Source: Dehalococcoidia bacterium UBA6808
GTDB taxonomy: Bacteria; Chloroflexota; Dehalococcoidia; GIF9; UBA5629
Assembly (NCBI GenBank): GCA_002452695.1
Contig: DKFA01000049.1
Span: forward strand, 1 to 53,052
DNA: 53,052 bases
Direction: 5' to 3'
This document shows positions 1-8,598 of the stretch, piece after piece (the first letter of the stretch is position 1; each line of letters begins with the position of its first letter). The notes beneath the pieces are model-generated. The model saw only the letters and a list, made by a program, of their open reading frames with translations. It searched no databases and was not told where the DNA came from. A program made the position numbers and the translations under genes.

Positions 1-82
1 GCGTATTTGCCAGCGTATCCGCCTTTGGGATATTATTTTGCACAGGACTGATAAATAATCAAAACGAGCAGGAGGATAGGCC

Positions 83-364
83 ATGGCGGTAGAACATGTA
101 GCGGGCAAAGATGCCGGGAAGATCATGCTATACGCATTGAGCACGTGCATCTGGTGTAGAAAAACGAGACAGTTGCTGTCGGACCTGGGTGTTGAATACG
201 ATTATCTCTATGTCGACCTGCTGCAGGGCGAAGAGAGGTCCAATGCCATGATGATGATGGAGAAGTGGAATCCGGATAGCTCCTTCCCGACCATGGTGAT
301 AAATGACGTAAAATGCATTGCAGGATTCAAAGAGAAAGAGATCAGGGAGGCGTTGAAGCTGTGA
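83..364 (+). CDS. Glutaredoxin/NrdH-like thioredoxin-fold protein (93 aa)
   Basis: AGGAGG lies 7 nt upstream of the ATG. It has a CxxC redox motif (STCIWCRK) near the N-terminus and Grx-like size. Its TGA stop overlaps the GTG start of the next gene. Confidence 0.75.
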   Translation: MAVEHVAGKDAGKIMLYALSTCIWCRKTRQLLSDLGVEYDYLYVDLLQGEERSNAMMMMEKWNPDSSFPTMVINDVKCIAGFKEKEIREALKL

Positions 365-882
365 GCGGTGAGATTGAAATAACCCAGGCAGAAATCGACA
401 GGACCTACGAGAAATACAGGAAAGAGGCGGAGAGTGGAGGCTACCACCTCAATCCGGACGTGGAGTTTGCCAAAGGGCTGATCAGGGGGCTGCTGGTCAA
501 TGAAAAGCGTTACGGATACCAGTCATGCCCATGCCGGCTGGCTTCAGGTGAAAAAGAAGATGACCTGGACATTATATGCCCCTGCGATTACCGTGATGGC
601 GATGTGGTCAAGCAGGGCGCTTGTTACTGCGCTCTCTACGTATCGCAAAAGGTTTTAAGCGGAGAGCAGGAACTGCACTCCATTCCCGAGAGCCGGCCGC
701 CCAGGGCGGAAAGGCAGAAAGCCAGGGCCGCCAGGGAGGCGTCAGCCAGCATGAGCCTGTCGGCTTTGCCTTATCCCGTCTGGCGCTGCAAGGTATGCGG
801 CTATTTATGTGCGAGGGACGAGCCCCCCGAAATCTGCCCTGTTTGCAAGGCCAGGAAGGACCGTTTCGAGCGCTTTCTCTGA
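361..882 (+). CDS. Ferredoxin:thioredoxin reductase catalytic-subunit-like protein fused to a C-terminal rubredoxin-like domain
   Basis: The FTR-type Cys pattern is CPC...CPC...CYC ([36 protein letters not shown]). The C-terminus has 2x CxxC (WRCKVCGY...ICPVCKARK). I prefer the GTG at 361, preceded by AGGGAGG and overlapping the upstream stop (GTGA), over the in-frame ATG at 313. Confidence 0.75.
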   Translation: MSGEIEITQAEIDRTYEKYRKEAESGGYHLNPDVEFAKGLIRGLLVNEKRYGYQSCPCRLASGEKEDDLDIICPCDYRDGDVVKQGACYCALYVSQKVLSGEQELHSIPESRPPRAERQKARAAREASASMSLSALPYPVWRCKVCGYLCARDEPPEICPVCKARKDRFERFL

Positions 883-945
883 ACGGCGGGCAAGGTCATT
901 CGGCTAATCCCCATACGGCCGCATGGGCTGTATAATTTTGTGCTT

Positions 946-1728
946 ATGGATATCAAACAGACCTGGAAGAATATCAACCTGTCCCGCATAGCATGGCTGC
1001 AGAGGAAGGGATCGATTTACTTCCCTTTCTGGAACATGGTCTTCAAATATCCGCCGTTGATGCTGTTCAACGTACTGGTAATACTCAGGGCTAATCTATT
1101 CAACACGTGCATTATCCATACGATCGGGGACAGTCACGTTGTGCCTTTTACCTACCGGTTCCCGTTCCTGGTGCATCACATATCGCAGGCCACAGCCCAC
1201 AACCTTATCAAGGAAAAGAGCTTCACACGCTCGAAAGAATACCTCGAACTGTTCCTGAAGAGGGTGAATAAAAAGCGTGATGTAGTCTTCCTGGTGTTCG
1301 GAGAGATAGATGCCCGCGTGCACATATACCTGAAATACGGGCAGAGCGGACGCACCAGGACCTTCGACGAACTGATTGCGGAGACGGTCAGGCGCTACGG
1401 CGAAGCCATCATGAAGATCAGGGACCAGGGCATTGCGGTGGCCGTGCAGGGCATACCACCAGCGGCCAGCAAGGAGTTTATCACAGCGCTGCCGTTCTCA
1501 GGCAAGCCAAGCGAGCGCAGCGAAATCTCGCGCAAATTCAATGAGCAGTTGCGTGAATACTGCCGGTCGGTGGATGTGCCCTACGTCGATATACAATCCA
1601 TCGCGTCGGACGAGAAAGGCTTCATCAAGAAGTACTACCTGGCGGACGAGGTGCACTGCAACAGCCGCATCGTACCTTACTGCCGGCAAAAGATAAAAGA
1701 GGCCTTCGGAAGTTCCAAAAAGATATAG
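946..1728 (+). CDS. SGNH/GDSL-like hydrolase family protein (hypothetical)
   Basis: Block I is GDS (HTIGDSHV), a GxxD-like block is FGEIDARV, and the C-terminal DxxH is ADEVHC. The start is uncertain (GTG 940 or ATG 946). A TATAAT at 931-936 suggests a very short or absent leader. Confidence 0.5.
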   Translation: MDIKQTWKNINLSRIAWLQRKGSIYFPFWNMVFKYPPLMLFNVLVILRANLFNTCIIHTIGDSHVVPFTYRFPFLVHHISQATAHNLIKEKSFTRSKEYLELFLKRVNKKRDVVFLVFGEIDARVHIYLKYGQSGRTRTFDELIAETVRRYGEAIMKIRDQGIAVAVQGIPPAASKEFITALPFSGKPSERSEISRKFNEQLREYCRSVDVPYVDIQSIASDEKGFIKKYYLADEVHCNSRIVPYCRQKIKEAFGSSKKI

Positions 1729-1801
1729 GAAATAACCCTTTGCTTTTTATCATGGCTGTGCTAAAATGCTATTTGATTGACTGAGCGATCACTCGGTAGA
1801 T

Positions 1802-2440
1802 ATGAGAAAAGTACGGACCTACAGCACCGATATCGATCTTGTGCAGGAGAGGCGTGCACAGATCGTACAGACGGCGGTCGAGCTGATCGTCAAGAGGGGA
1901 TACAACCGCACCAATACGAGGGAGCTGGCTACGGCGCTGGGGATGAGCACGGGCGGGCTGTACCACTGGATCGGGTCAAAGGACGACATCCTGTACCTGA
2001 TCGTCAATTTCACTTCCGACCTGACCCAGGGGCTGCTTGACAACTGCGCCAGGTGCGGCGGCGGGACTGTCACACAGAAGCTGAAAGAGAGCATAAAGAT
2101 TTACTTTAGCGGAGTAGAGGAGTTCCGCAATTTCCATAATTTCATCAACCATGTTATGTTGTCTCTGTCTGCCAACGACCGGCGCATCGTCTATCAGAAC
2201 GAGAGCCGCATTGTTGATTATTTCGAGGGATTGCTGGACGAGGGTGTAAAGAAGGGCGAATTCAGGGAGATCGACTGCAAGTGCATTGCTCACAATATCG
2301 TGGCCATTGCCAACGCCTGGGCGAACCGCGGCTGGTACCTCAAGAGATACTACACGATTGATAAATATACCAGTGAAGAGACTGATAACTTGCTTGCACA
2401 GCTGACAGGCGTTCCAACTGCCAGCGTCCGCTCTCGATAA
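1802..2440 (+). CDS. TetR/AcrR family transcriptional regulator
   Basis: The N-terminal HTH signature is typical of TetR (AVELIVKRGYNRTNTRELATALGMSTGGLYHWIGSKDDIL). Length is about 210 aa. Confidence 0.85.
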   Translation: MRKVRTYSTDIDLVQERRAQIVQTAVELIVKRGYNRTNTRELATALGMSTGGLYHWIGSKDDILYLIVNFTSDLTQGLLDNCARCGGGTVTQKLKESIKIYFSGVEEFRNFHNFINHVMLSLSANDRRIVYQNESRIVDYFEGLLDEGVKKGEFREIDCKCIAHNIVAIANAWANRGWYLKRYYTIDKYTSEETDNLLAQLTGVPTASVRSR

Positions 2441-2548
2441 AAAAACAGGTATTTGCAGAAATGCGAAGGAGGGCAGGAGGATAGAAAAATACGTCAATAA
2501 GAGTATGGTAAACAGATTAGAGGTAAATAAAGGATTAAAGGAGAGAGA

Positions 2549-4039
2549 ATGATGACCAAAGACATGACTTCAGCACTGCGGACCAAAAAACAATATATCG
2601 AAGGTCTGTCCAAGATGCGCCGCAACATATATTTCGACGGCCATCTGATCGACCGTACCGACGAGCTGCAGATGGACACTGTTAACACTATCGGTTTTAC
2701 GTTTGATGCAGCACAGGACCCGAAATATCAGGACCTTATGCTGGCCAAGAGCCACCTGACGGGCAAAACGATCAATCGCTTTACACATATTCACCAGAAC
2801 AAAGAAGACCTGCATAAAAAGCAGGACATGACACGGGCGCTGTGCCAGCAGGTAGGGGGTTGTATTCAGCGTTGCATGGGCATCGATGGCACAAACGCCT
2901 GCAATGCCGTCTCATATGAAGCTGATAAACAGAACAATGGCGCTACCGAGTATCACAAAAACTTTCTGAAATGGCTGGAAAAATTCCAGGACGGAGATAT
3001 GGTGGGCTGCTGCGCCCAGACCGATGTCAAGGGTGACAGGATGAAGAGGCCGCACCAGCAGAAAGACCCTGATGCGTATGTAAGGATCATTGAGCGCAAG
3101 AGTGATGGTATTGTAGTGCAGGGATGCAAGGTGCACAACTCCGAGGCATCTGTGGCCGATGAGATCATAGTTGTACCCACCCGAGCGCTAACCCCGGAGG
3201 AGAAAGACTGGGCAGTTGCGTTTGCCATACCGGCCGATTGGGAGGGCGTCAAGCAGGTGGTAACCATCCATAACCTGAGGGAGCGCAAACATTATAAAAA
3301 AGGCTTTATGCAGGGCGCCACCGATTCCTATACCATCTTCGATAAGTGTTTCATCCCCTGGGAAAGGGTATTCCTGGCAGGTGAGACAACTCATGGAGGT
3401 GTGGCAGCACTTCTATTCGCTCTGTTCCACCGGCACAGCTATTCAGGTTGCAAACCAGCCATCGGCGATCTGACGATCGGGACTGTTGCGTTGGCCGCAG
3501 AGTATAACGGCATCGCCAAAGCCGGCCATGTCAGGGAAAAACTGGCCGAATTGATCATGGTAACCGAGCTTGGCTATGCCGCGGGCTTCACCGCTTCAGA
3601 AATGGGAAAACCGGAGGTTTACATGCCGGGCGTCGGTTTTGTGCCCTACGGGCCGGGCAGCTATGTTCCCAACTCGATTTACTGTAATGTCGGCCGCTGT
3701 CTGACCGGCGAGAACGTATACAGGGAAGCTGAAATTTTATGCGATATCGCAGGCGGCGTGCCGGCAACCTTCCCGCATGAAAGAGACTTCCTCAATCCAG
3801 AAACCGGCGACCTGCTGAAGAAATACACGATGCGCAATCCGGATATCAAGGTCGATAACGCGATCAAATTCTGGATGCATGTGGGAGATATACTCTGCTC
3901 GGCCAGCGGCGGTATTTCGCAGGTTGGCGGCTATCACGGTGGAGGCTCGCCCGTGATGGAGCAGATCGCTATTACCACACAGTACAACATTCAGGAAAAG
4001 AAAGACCTGGCCAAGCATATAGCCGGCATTGAAGATTAA
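2549..4039 (+). CDS. abfD: 4-hydroxybutyryl-CoA dehydratase / vinylacetyl-CoA delta-isomerase family protein
   Basis: The protein is 496 aa. C-x3-C (CIQRC) and H-x6-C (HRHSYSGC) have the spacing I recall for the [4Fe-4S] ligands of clostridial AbfD. The overall 4-HPA-hydroxylase/AbfD-like N-terminus is present (KQYIEGL...NIYFDGHLI). The RBS is AAGGAGAG. Confidence 0.8.
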   Translation: MMTKDMTSALRTKKQYIEGLSKMRRNIYFDGHLIDRTDELQMDTVNTIGFTFDAAQDPKYQDLMLAKSHLTGKTINRFTHIHQNKEDLHKKQDMTRALCQQVGGCIQRCMGIDGTNACNAVSYEADKQNNGATEYHKNFLKWLEKFQDGDMVGCCAQTDVKGDRMKRPHQQKDPDAYVRIIERKSDGIVVQGCKVHNSEASVADEIIVVPTRALTPEEKDWAVAFAIPADWEGVKQVVTIHNLRERKHYKKGFMQGATDSYTIFDKCFIPWERVFLAGETTHGGVAALLFALFHRHSYSGCKPAIGDLTIGTVALAAEYNGIAKAGHVREKLAELIMVTELGYAAGFTASEMGKPEVYMPGVGFVPYGPGSYVPNSIYCNVGRCLTGENVYREAEILCDIAGGVPATFPHERDFLNPETGDLLKKYTMRNPDIKVDNAIKFWMHVGDILCSASGGISQVGGYHGGGSPVMEQIAITTQYNIQEKKDLAKHIAGIED

Positions 4040-4060
4040 TCGATAATCGGACGACTGAGG

Positions 4061-4100
4061 AAATCCCCCGGTTGTTAACAACCGGGGGATTTATTTTACT
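4061..4100 (+). terminator. Rho-independent terminator after abfD (perfect palindrome, could act in both directions)
   Basis: AAATCCCCCGGTTGTTAACAACCGGGGGATTT is a perfect 14-bp stem, followed by ATTTTACTTT. Confidence 0.7.
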
Positions 4101-4170
4101 TTCCCCAGGTAATTGGTAATCCTGTAGATTTATGTTACGATGACTGTGAAATAGCGGAGGTAAACTTGCC

Positions 4171-5349
4171 ATGAAGTACAGCGAAGTGGACTATTACAAG
4201 ATTGACGAGCTGCTGAACAATGAGGAGAAGATGACCCGTGACCTGGTGAGGGACTGTCTGGAGAAGGAGTTCCGGCCTTTGATCAGAGAAGCCTTCCATA
4301 ACGAACGGCCGCTGGATATGCACAGGCTGGCGCCGATGCTGGGCGACCTGGGTGTACTCGGCCCCTTCATACCAAGAGAATACGGCGCGGCAGGCAGCGG
4401 GTATGTTACCTTCGGCCTGATCTGCCAGGAGGTGGAACGGATTGACAGCGCGTTGCGCAGCTTCATTGCAGTGGGGTCCGGGCTGGTCATGTTCCCTATC
4501 TGGAAATACGGTTCGGAAGAGCAGAGACGGAAATGGTTGCCGCAACTGGCCAGAGGGGCGAAGATAGGCTGCTTCGGATTGACCGAGCCCAACATCGGCT
4601 CGGATATTGCATCTTTGGAGACGGTGGCCCGGCAGGAAGGGGACAAATGGGTGATCAACGGCGCCAAGCAGTGGATTAGCGATGCGACCATAGCCGATGT
4701 GGCGGTGGTGTGGGCGAAGACGCCCGAGATGGGGATCAAAGGCTTCGTGGTGGAGAGGGGAACGCCTGGCTTTGAGCAGAAGGCTATCGAAAAGAAGGGG
4801 TCGATGAGGGCGGGAGATGTGGGAGAGCTGTATTTCAACGACTGTGCGCTGCCGCTGGACAGCATCATGCCGGAATCGAGCGGGTTGAAATCCCCGGCGT
4901 CCTGTCTGAACATAGCCCGCTACGGCATATCATGGGGCGCATTGGGGGCGGCGATGGACTGCTATAATGTGGCGCTCAACTATGCTAAAGAGAGGAAGCA
5001 GTTCGGGGCGCCGATCGCTTCCTATCAACTGGCGCAGCAGAAGCTGGTAAATATGCTGATCGAGATCACCAAGGGGCAACTGCTCTGCTACCGGCTGGGC
5101 AGGCTGATGGACGAGGGCGATGCACGCCCACAGCAGATATCGATGGCCAAGAAGAACAATGTGGGCGTGGCGCGCATGTGTGCGCGCACGGCGCGGGAGA
5201 TGATGGGCGCCAACGGCGTATCGCTCGAGTATTCGCCGATCAGGCATATGGCCAATATAGAGTCCGTTTACACCTATCAGGGCACAGACGATATGCATAC
5301 GCTGATCATCGGGAGGGACATCACGGGCATAGCTGCCTTCAGGCATTAG
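4171..5349 (+). CDS. Acyl-CoA dehydrogenase, glutaryl-CoA dehydrogenase family (atypical: Gln at the catalytic-base position)
   Basis: It aligns without gaps, from memory, to GCDH blocks (YGSEEQRRKWLPQLARG, CFGLTEPNIGSD, LNIARYGISWGALGAA, GTDDMHTLIIGRDITG). GGAGG lies upstream of the ATG. Confidence 0.85.
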   Translation: MKYSEVDYYKIDELLNNEEKMTRDLVRDCLEKEFRPLIREAFHNERPLDMHRLAPMLGDLGVLGPFIPREYGAAGSGYVTFGLICQEVERIDSALRSFIAVGSGLVMFPIWKYGSEEQRRKWLPQLARGAKIGCFGLTEPNIGSDIASLETVARQEGDKWVINGAKQWISDATIADVAVVWAKTPEMGIKGFVVERGTPGFEQKAIEKKGSMRAGDVGELYFNDCALPLDSIMPESSGLKSPASCLNIARYGISWGALGAAMDCYNVALNYAKERKQFGAPIASYQLAQQKLVNMLIEITKGQLLCYRLGRLMDEGDARPQQISMAKKNNVGVARMCARTAREMMGANGVSLEYSPIRHMANIESVYTYQGTDDMHTLIIGRDITGIAAFRH

Positions 5350-5407
5350 CCGGATAGTGAATGCGTGTTGAATATCTCATCCCCGAGGAGGAGCACACGG
5401 CACAAGT

Positions 5408-6589
5408 ATGAAATACGACTTCGACAGCATGATCGACCGCCATAATACCAATTCCTTCAAGTGGGACTATGTAGCAAGGTACTACGACCATGCGGATATA
5501 CTGCCCATGTGGGTGGCAGATATGGACTTCAAATCTCCGCCAGCCGTGATCGAGGCATTGCGCCGGATAGTCGACTTCGGCATATTCGGCTATTCGGGCA
5601 CTCCGCCTTCTTTCTACGAAGCGATCAGCGGGTGGATGAAAAAACGGCACGGCTGGGAAGTGAACAAAGAGTGGATCACCCTATCGCCGGGCGTCGTACC
5701 GGCGCTGCACGTGCTGGTCAACGCTTTTTCAGAGCCGGGCGACCAGGTGATATTGCAAACGCCGGTGTACTATCCATTCTTCGATGCCGTCAAGGCAGGA
5801 GGACGCGAGATACTGGACAATCCACTCAGACTGGATGGGGAGCAGTACGTGATGAACCTGGCCGACCTGGAAAGCAAGATCACGTCGCGCACGAAGATGA
5901 TGATACTGTGCAATCCGCACAATCCGATCAGCCGTGTATGGAGAAGGGAAGAGCTGAGGGCGCTAGGCGAGCTGTGTTTCAGGCATAACATCGTGATGGT
6001 CTCGGACGAGATACATTCAGATATCGTTTACACGGGTTTCAGTCATGTGCCTTTTCCCCTGGCGGGTGACGGATTCGCCGAAAGGACAGTGGTCTGCACT
6101 GCGGCCAGCAAGACCTTCAACCTACCTGGATTGCAGACTTCCAGCATAATCATCTCGAATGCGGAGATTAAGAAGCGTTTTGCCGAAGAGATGCGCAGGG
6201 GCGGCGTGCCCTCTCCCGGCATGTTCGGAGTGGCCGCCACCGAGGCTGCCTACCGTTACGGCGAGGACTGGCTGATGCAATTACTATCCTACCTGGAGGG
6301 CAATGTCGGCTTCGTGAGAAAATACCTGAAGGAAAACATTCCGGGCGCCAGCCTGGCGCAGCCGCAGGGCACCTATTTATTATGGCTGGATTTCAGCAAC
6401 TGCGGCGTGCCTGGGGACAGGCAGGACACGTTTATCAGGGATATTGCCAGGGTGGCGCTGGAGCCCGGTTGGCTATTCGGCTGTAAGGAGAAGGGGCGAG
6501 AGAGGATGAACATCGCCTGCCCGCGCGCCTTGCTGGAGCAGGGGCTGGAAAAGATCGCAGGGGCGGTCAGACAGCTCAGGCAGGATTAA
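5408..6589 (+). CDS. PatB/MalY-type PLP-dependent C-S lyase (cystathionine beta-lyase-like aminotransferase class I/II)
   Basis: The N-terminus MKYDFDSMIDRHNTNSFKWDY is characteristic of MalY/PatB. The PLP-Lys motif is AASKTFNLPG. Confidence 0.85.
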   Translation: MKYDFDSMIDRHNTNSFKWDYVARYYDHADILPMWVADMDFKSPPAVIEALRRIVDFGIFGYSGTPPSFYEAISGWMKKRHGWEVNKEWITLSPGVVPALHVLVNAFSEPGDQVILQTPVYYPFFDAVKAGGREILDNPLRLDGEQYVMNLADLESKITSRTKMMILCNPHNPISRVWRREELRALGELCFRHNIVMVSDEIHSDIVYTGFSHVPFPLAGDGFAERTVVCTAASKTFNLPGLQTSSIIISNAEIKKRFAEEMRRGGVPSPGMFGVAATEAAYRYGEDWLMQLLSYLEGNVGFVRKYLKENIPGASLAQPQGTYLLWLDFSNCGVPGDRQDTFIRDIARVALEPGWLFGCKEKGRERMNIACPRALLEQGLEKIAGAVRQLRQD

Positions 6590-6808
6590 GCAGGCTGTAG
6601 CTCAGCCTTATTGAGGGTGCCATCGATGTCGGCCATGATCAGCCTGAGGCGATGAGCCGTCTGCGCTGTGATGTTTTTATACGACGGTGACATGGATGTA
6701 CGACACATCATACTTCCCCGGCGTCATCCGGTCAAAGGCCGGGGTACGCCACTTGTATAGAAGGCCGTAAATCATTACAATCTTGTCTATTATTCAGAGG
6801 AAAACAGC

Positions 6809-7660
6809 ATGGGAAACAGAAGGCTGATATTTATAGGCGCACACCCTGATGATGAAACGTTCGCCGTGGGCGGCACGCTGGCGCAATATGCTGCTGCCGG
6901 AGTGGAAGTGTATTATGCGTGCGCCACGCGGGGCGAGGCGGGCACAGTCGACCCGGCAAAGTTACGCGGGTTTAAAGAGATGGGCGACATGCGCTGGTCG
7001 GAGCTGGAATGTGCGGTGAAGGAGCTGGGACTGGCGGGGCTGGTACACCTGGGATATCGTGATTCAGGTATGCCGGGCTGGGTGGATAACAAGCACCCAC
7101 AGGCGCTGATCAATGCTCCCGTGGACGAGGCCGCCGGACCGATAGTCAAGGTGATACGCGAACTGAGGCCGCAGGTGGTGGTGACGCATGACCCGATCGG
7201 AGGCTACCGGCATCCCGACCACATCGCTGTACACAAGGCGGCGGTAAGGGCATTCTATGCTTCATCGGACCCGGCTCAATACACGGAGGCGGGTGTGGCC
7301 TTCCAGCCGCAGAAGCTGTATTTTCATATTTTCCCCCGCAGAGCGCTCAAGCTGGTAGTCAGACTGATGCCGTTGATCGGGAAGGACCCGCATAAATTCG
7401 GGCGCAACGGCGATATCGACCTGGCTTCGCTGGTGGAGGTGGACTTTCCCGAGAACGCCGTGATCAGGCTGTCCGAGGAGGCGGTCAGGACGAGAGAGAG
7501 GGCGAGGCGTTGCCATATCAGCCAGATGGGCGACAGCACACCGCAATCAAAGCTGTGGCGACTTGCCAACAAGCTGCTGCAGCAACACGATTCGTACATG
7601 CGGGCCTACCCAGTGCAGAAGAGGCGCAAGGAATACGACCTGTTCGAGGGCGTGGTTTAG
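6809..7660 (+). CDS. PIG-L/LmbE family N-acetylglucosaminyl deacetylase-like protein
   Basis: It carries the AHPDDE and HPDH metal-binding motifs and has MshB/Mca-like length (283 aa). Confidence 0.8.
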   Translation: MGNRRLIFIGAHPDDETFAVGGTLAQYAAAGVEVYYACATRGEAGTVDPAKLRGFKEMGDMRWSELECAVKELGLAGLVHLGYRDSGMPGWVDNKHPQALINAPVDEAAGPIVKVIRELRPQVVVTHDPIGGYRHPDHIAVHKAAVRAFYASSDPAQYTEAGVAFQPQKLYFHIFPRRALKLVVRLMPLIGKDPHKFGRNGDIDLASLVEVDFPENAVIRLSEEAVRTRERARRCHISQMGDSTPQSKLWRLANKLLQQHDSYMRAYPVQKRRKEYDLFEGVV

Positions 7661-7791
7661 GGAAATAGTTTATTTTGACGCAGTGCGCAGGTTGCTGAAC
7701 ATAAGATTAAAGATTTTACCCAAGATATTTCAGAAAAGAAAAGCTGATTGAAAGGTAAAATAAGCAGATCAAAACGTGAAGCGATCGAAAC

Positions 7792-7867
7792 TGGCGTCCC
7801 TGGGGGGATTCGAACCCACGACCCGCTGCTTAGAAGGCAGCCGCTCTATCCACTGAGCTACAGGGAC
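7792..7867 (-). tRNA. tRNA-Arg (anticodon TCT), CCA encoded
   Basis: The reverse complement folds as a cloverleaf: acceptor GTCCCTG/CAGGGAC, anticodon stem GCTGC/GCAGC, loop CTTCTAA, T-loop GGTTCGAATCC. Confidence 0.9.
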
Positions 7868-7921
7868 GTATTACGAGTTTAACATATGGGATGAGCGGCT
7901 TCAACTGCAGTTGAACGTCAA

Positions 7922-8209
7922 TTATTCGCCGGACTTTGCGGCAGCTGTGGGCTTAGTTGCCTCAGCCGCCCTGTTTCCTGACGACTCGGTCGATGTGGAG
8001 GTCTCTTTGGGCGGCTTTTGTGCCTCGGAAGTAGTCCTGCTGTCGGTAACATAGAATCCGGGGCCTTTAAAGATAATGGGGACAGGCACGAAAAGCCGAC
8101 GCGCCTCTCCCCTGCATTTGGGACAATCGGCAACGCTTTCATCATTAAAGCTCTGTCTGAGCTCAAAATGTGCGTTACATTTCGTGCAGATGTATTGATA
8201 TGTGGGCAT
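7922..8209 (-). CDS. FmdB-family zinc-ribbon protein (CxxC...CxxC)
   Basis: MPTYQYICTKCNAHFE...CPKCRG is the typical FmdB/CxxC_CxxC_SSSS N-terminus. GGAGG lies upstream of the ATG at 8209. The ORF-track start at 8251 is probably too early. Confidence 0.8.
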   Translation of the reverse strand: MPTYQYICTKCNAHFELRQSFNDESVADCPKCRGEARRLFVPVPIIFKGPGFYVTDSRTTSEAQKPPKETSTSTESSGNRAAEATKPTAAAKSGE

Positions 8210-8324
8210 AAATACCTCCGGTAACTTATCGTATAATTGTAAATTTAGCAATCTACAACCTTGTTTGCTAATTATGTATTTTAATTAGATTTGAAAAGCT
8301 AGTCAAGTGACAGTTTTAGGCAAA

Positions 8325-8353
8325 TTCACAATAAAAAGGGGCTGTGCTATACT
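8325..8353 (+). promoter_or_regulatory. Candidate sigma70-type promoter for tRNA-Met
   Basis: TTCACA, 17 nt spacer, then TATACT with an upstream TG. It lies 54 nt upstream of the tRNA. Confidence 0.35.
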
Positions 8354-8406
8354 ATGGAATTGCCCGGTAAGAGAGAGCATACAATTACCAGGTATCTGAT
8401 ATAAAG

Positions 8407-8481
<75 letters not shown>

Positions 8482-8598
8482 TTCATAATCCCCCTTCGGG
8501 CCTGTTCCGAAGCCGGCCAGTAAATGTAGCCGATGAGTTCGTAGTAATGTTTGCCGGCGAGGTTGATCTTCTTCAGATTTACTGATAATGTTAAAAAA

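Noticed and set aside
313-360. The ATG at 313 as the start of the FTR-like gene, as in the ORF track. This would give a 52-nt out-of-frame overlap with the Grx-like gene.
   Set aside because: The GTG at 361 has a good AGGGAGG about 10 nt upstream and forms a GTGA stop/start overlap. The extra 16 residues from 313 have no counterpart in FTR catalytic subunits as I recall them.
4194-4913. Long antisense ORFs inside well-supported genes. Examples are 4194-4913(-), 1976-2497(-), 13524-14219(+), 32528-33253(+), 33493-34281(+), 34860-35576(+), 38121-38765(-), 45560-46159(+) and 46974-47546(+).
   Set aside because: Each lies fully within a gene on the opposite strand that has clear family motifs. 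Their translations are low-complexity (Ser/Arg/Pro/Leu-rich) and have no recognisable domains, which is typical of shadow ORFs.
6590-6650. Minus-strand mini-ORF ...LRLIMADIDGTLNKAELQPA*, which contains a HAD-phosphatase motif I (DxDGTL) right after the patB-like stop. It could be the remnant of a HAD hydrolase N-terminus.
   Set aside because: Only about 20 codons are open, with stops on both sides. A single 6-residue motif is too short to distinguish from chance, and there is no supporting downstream HAD motif.
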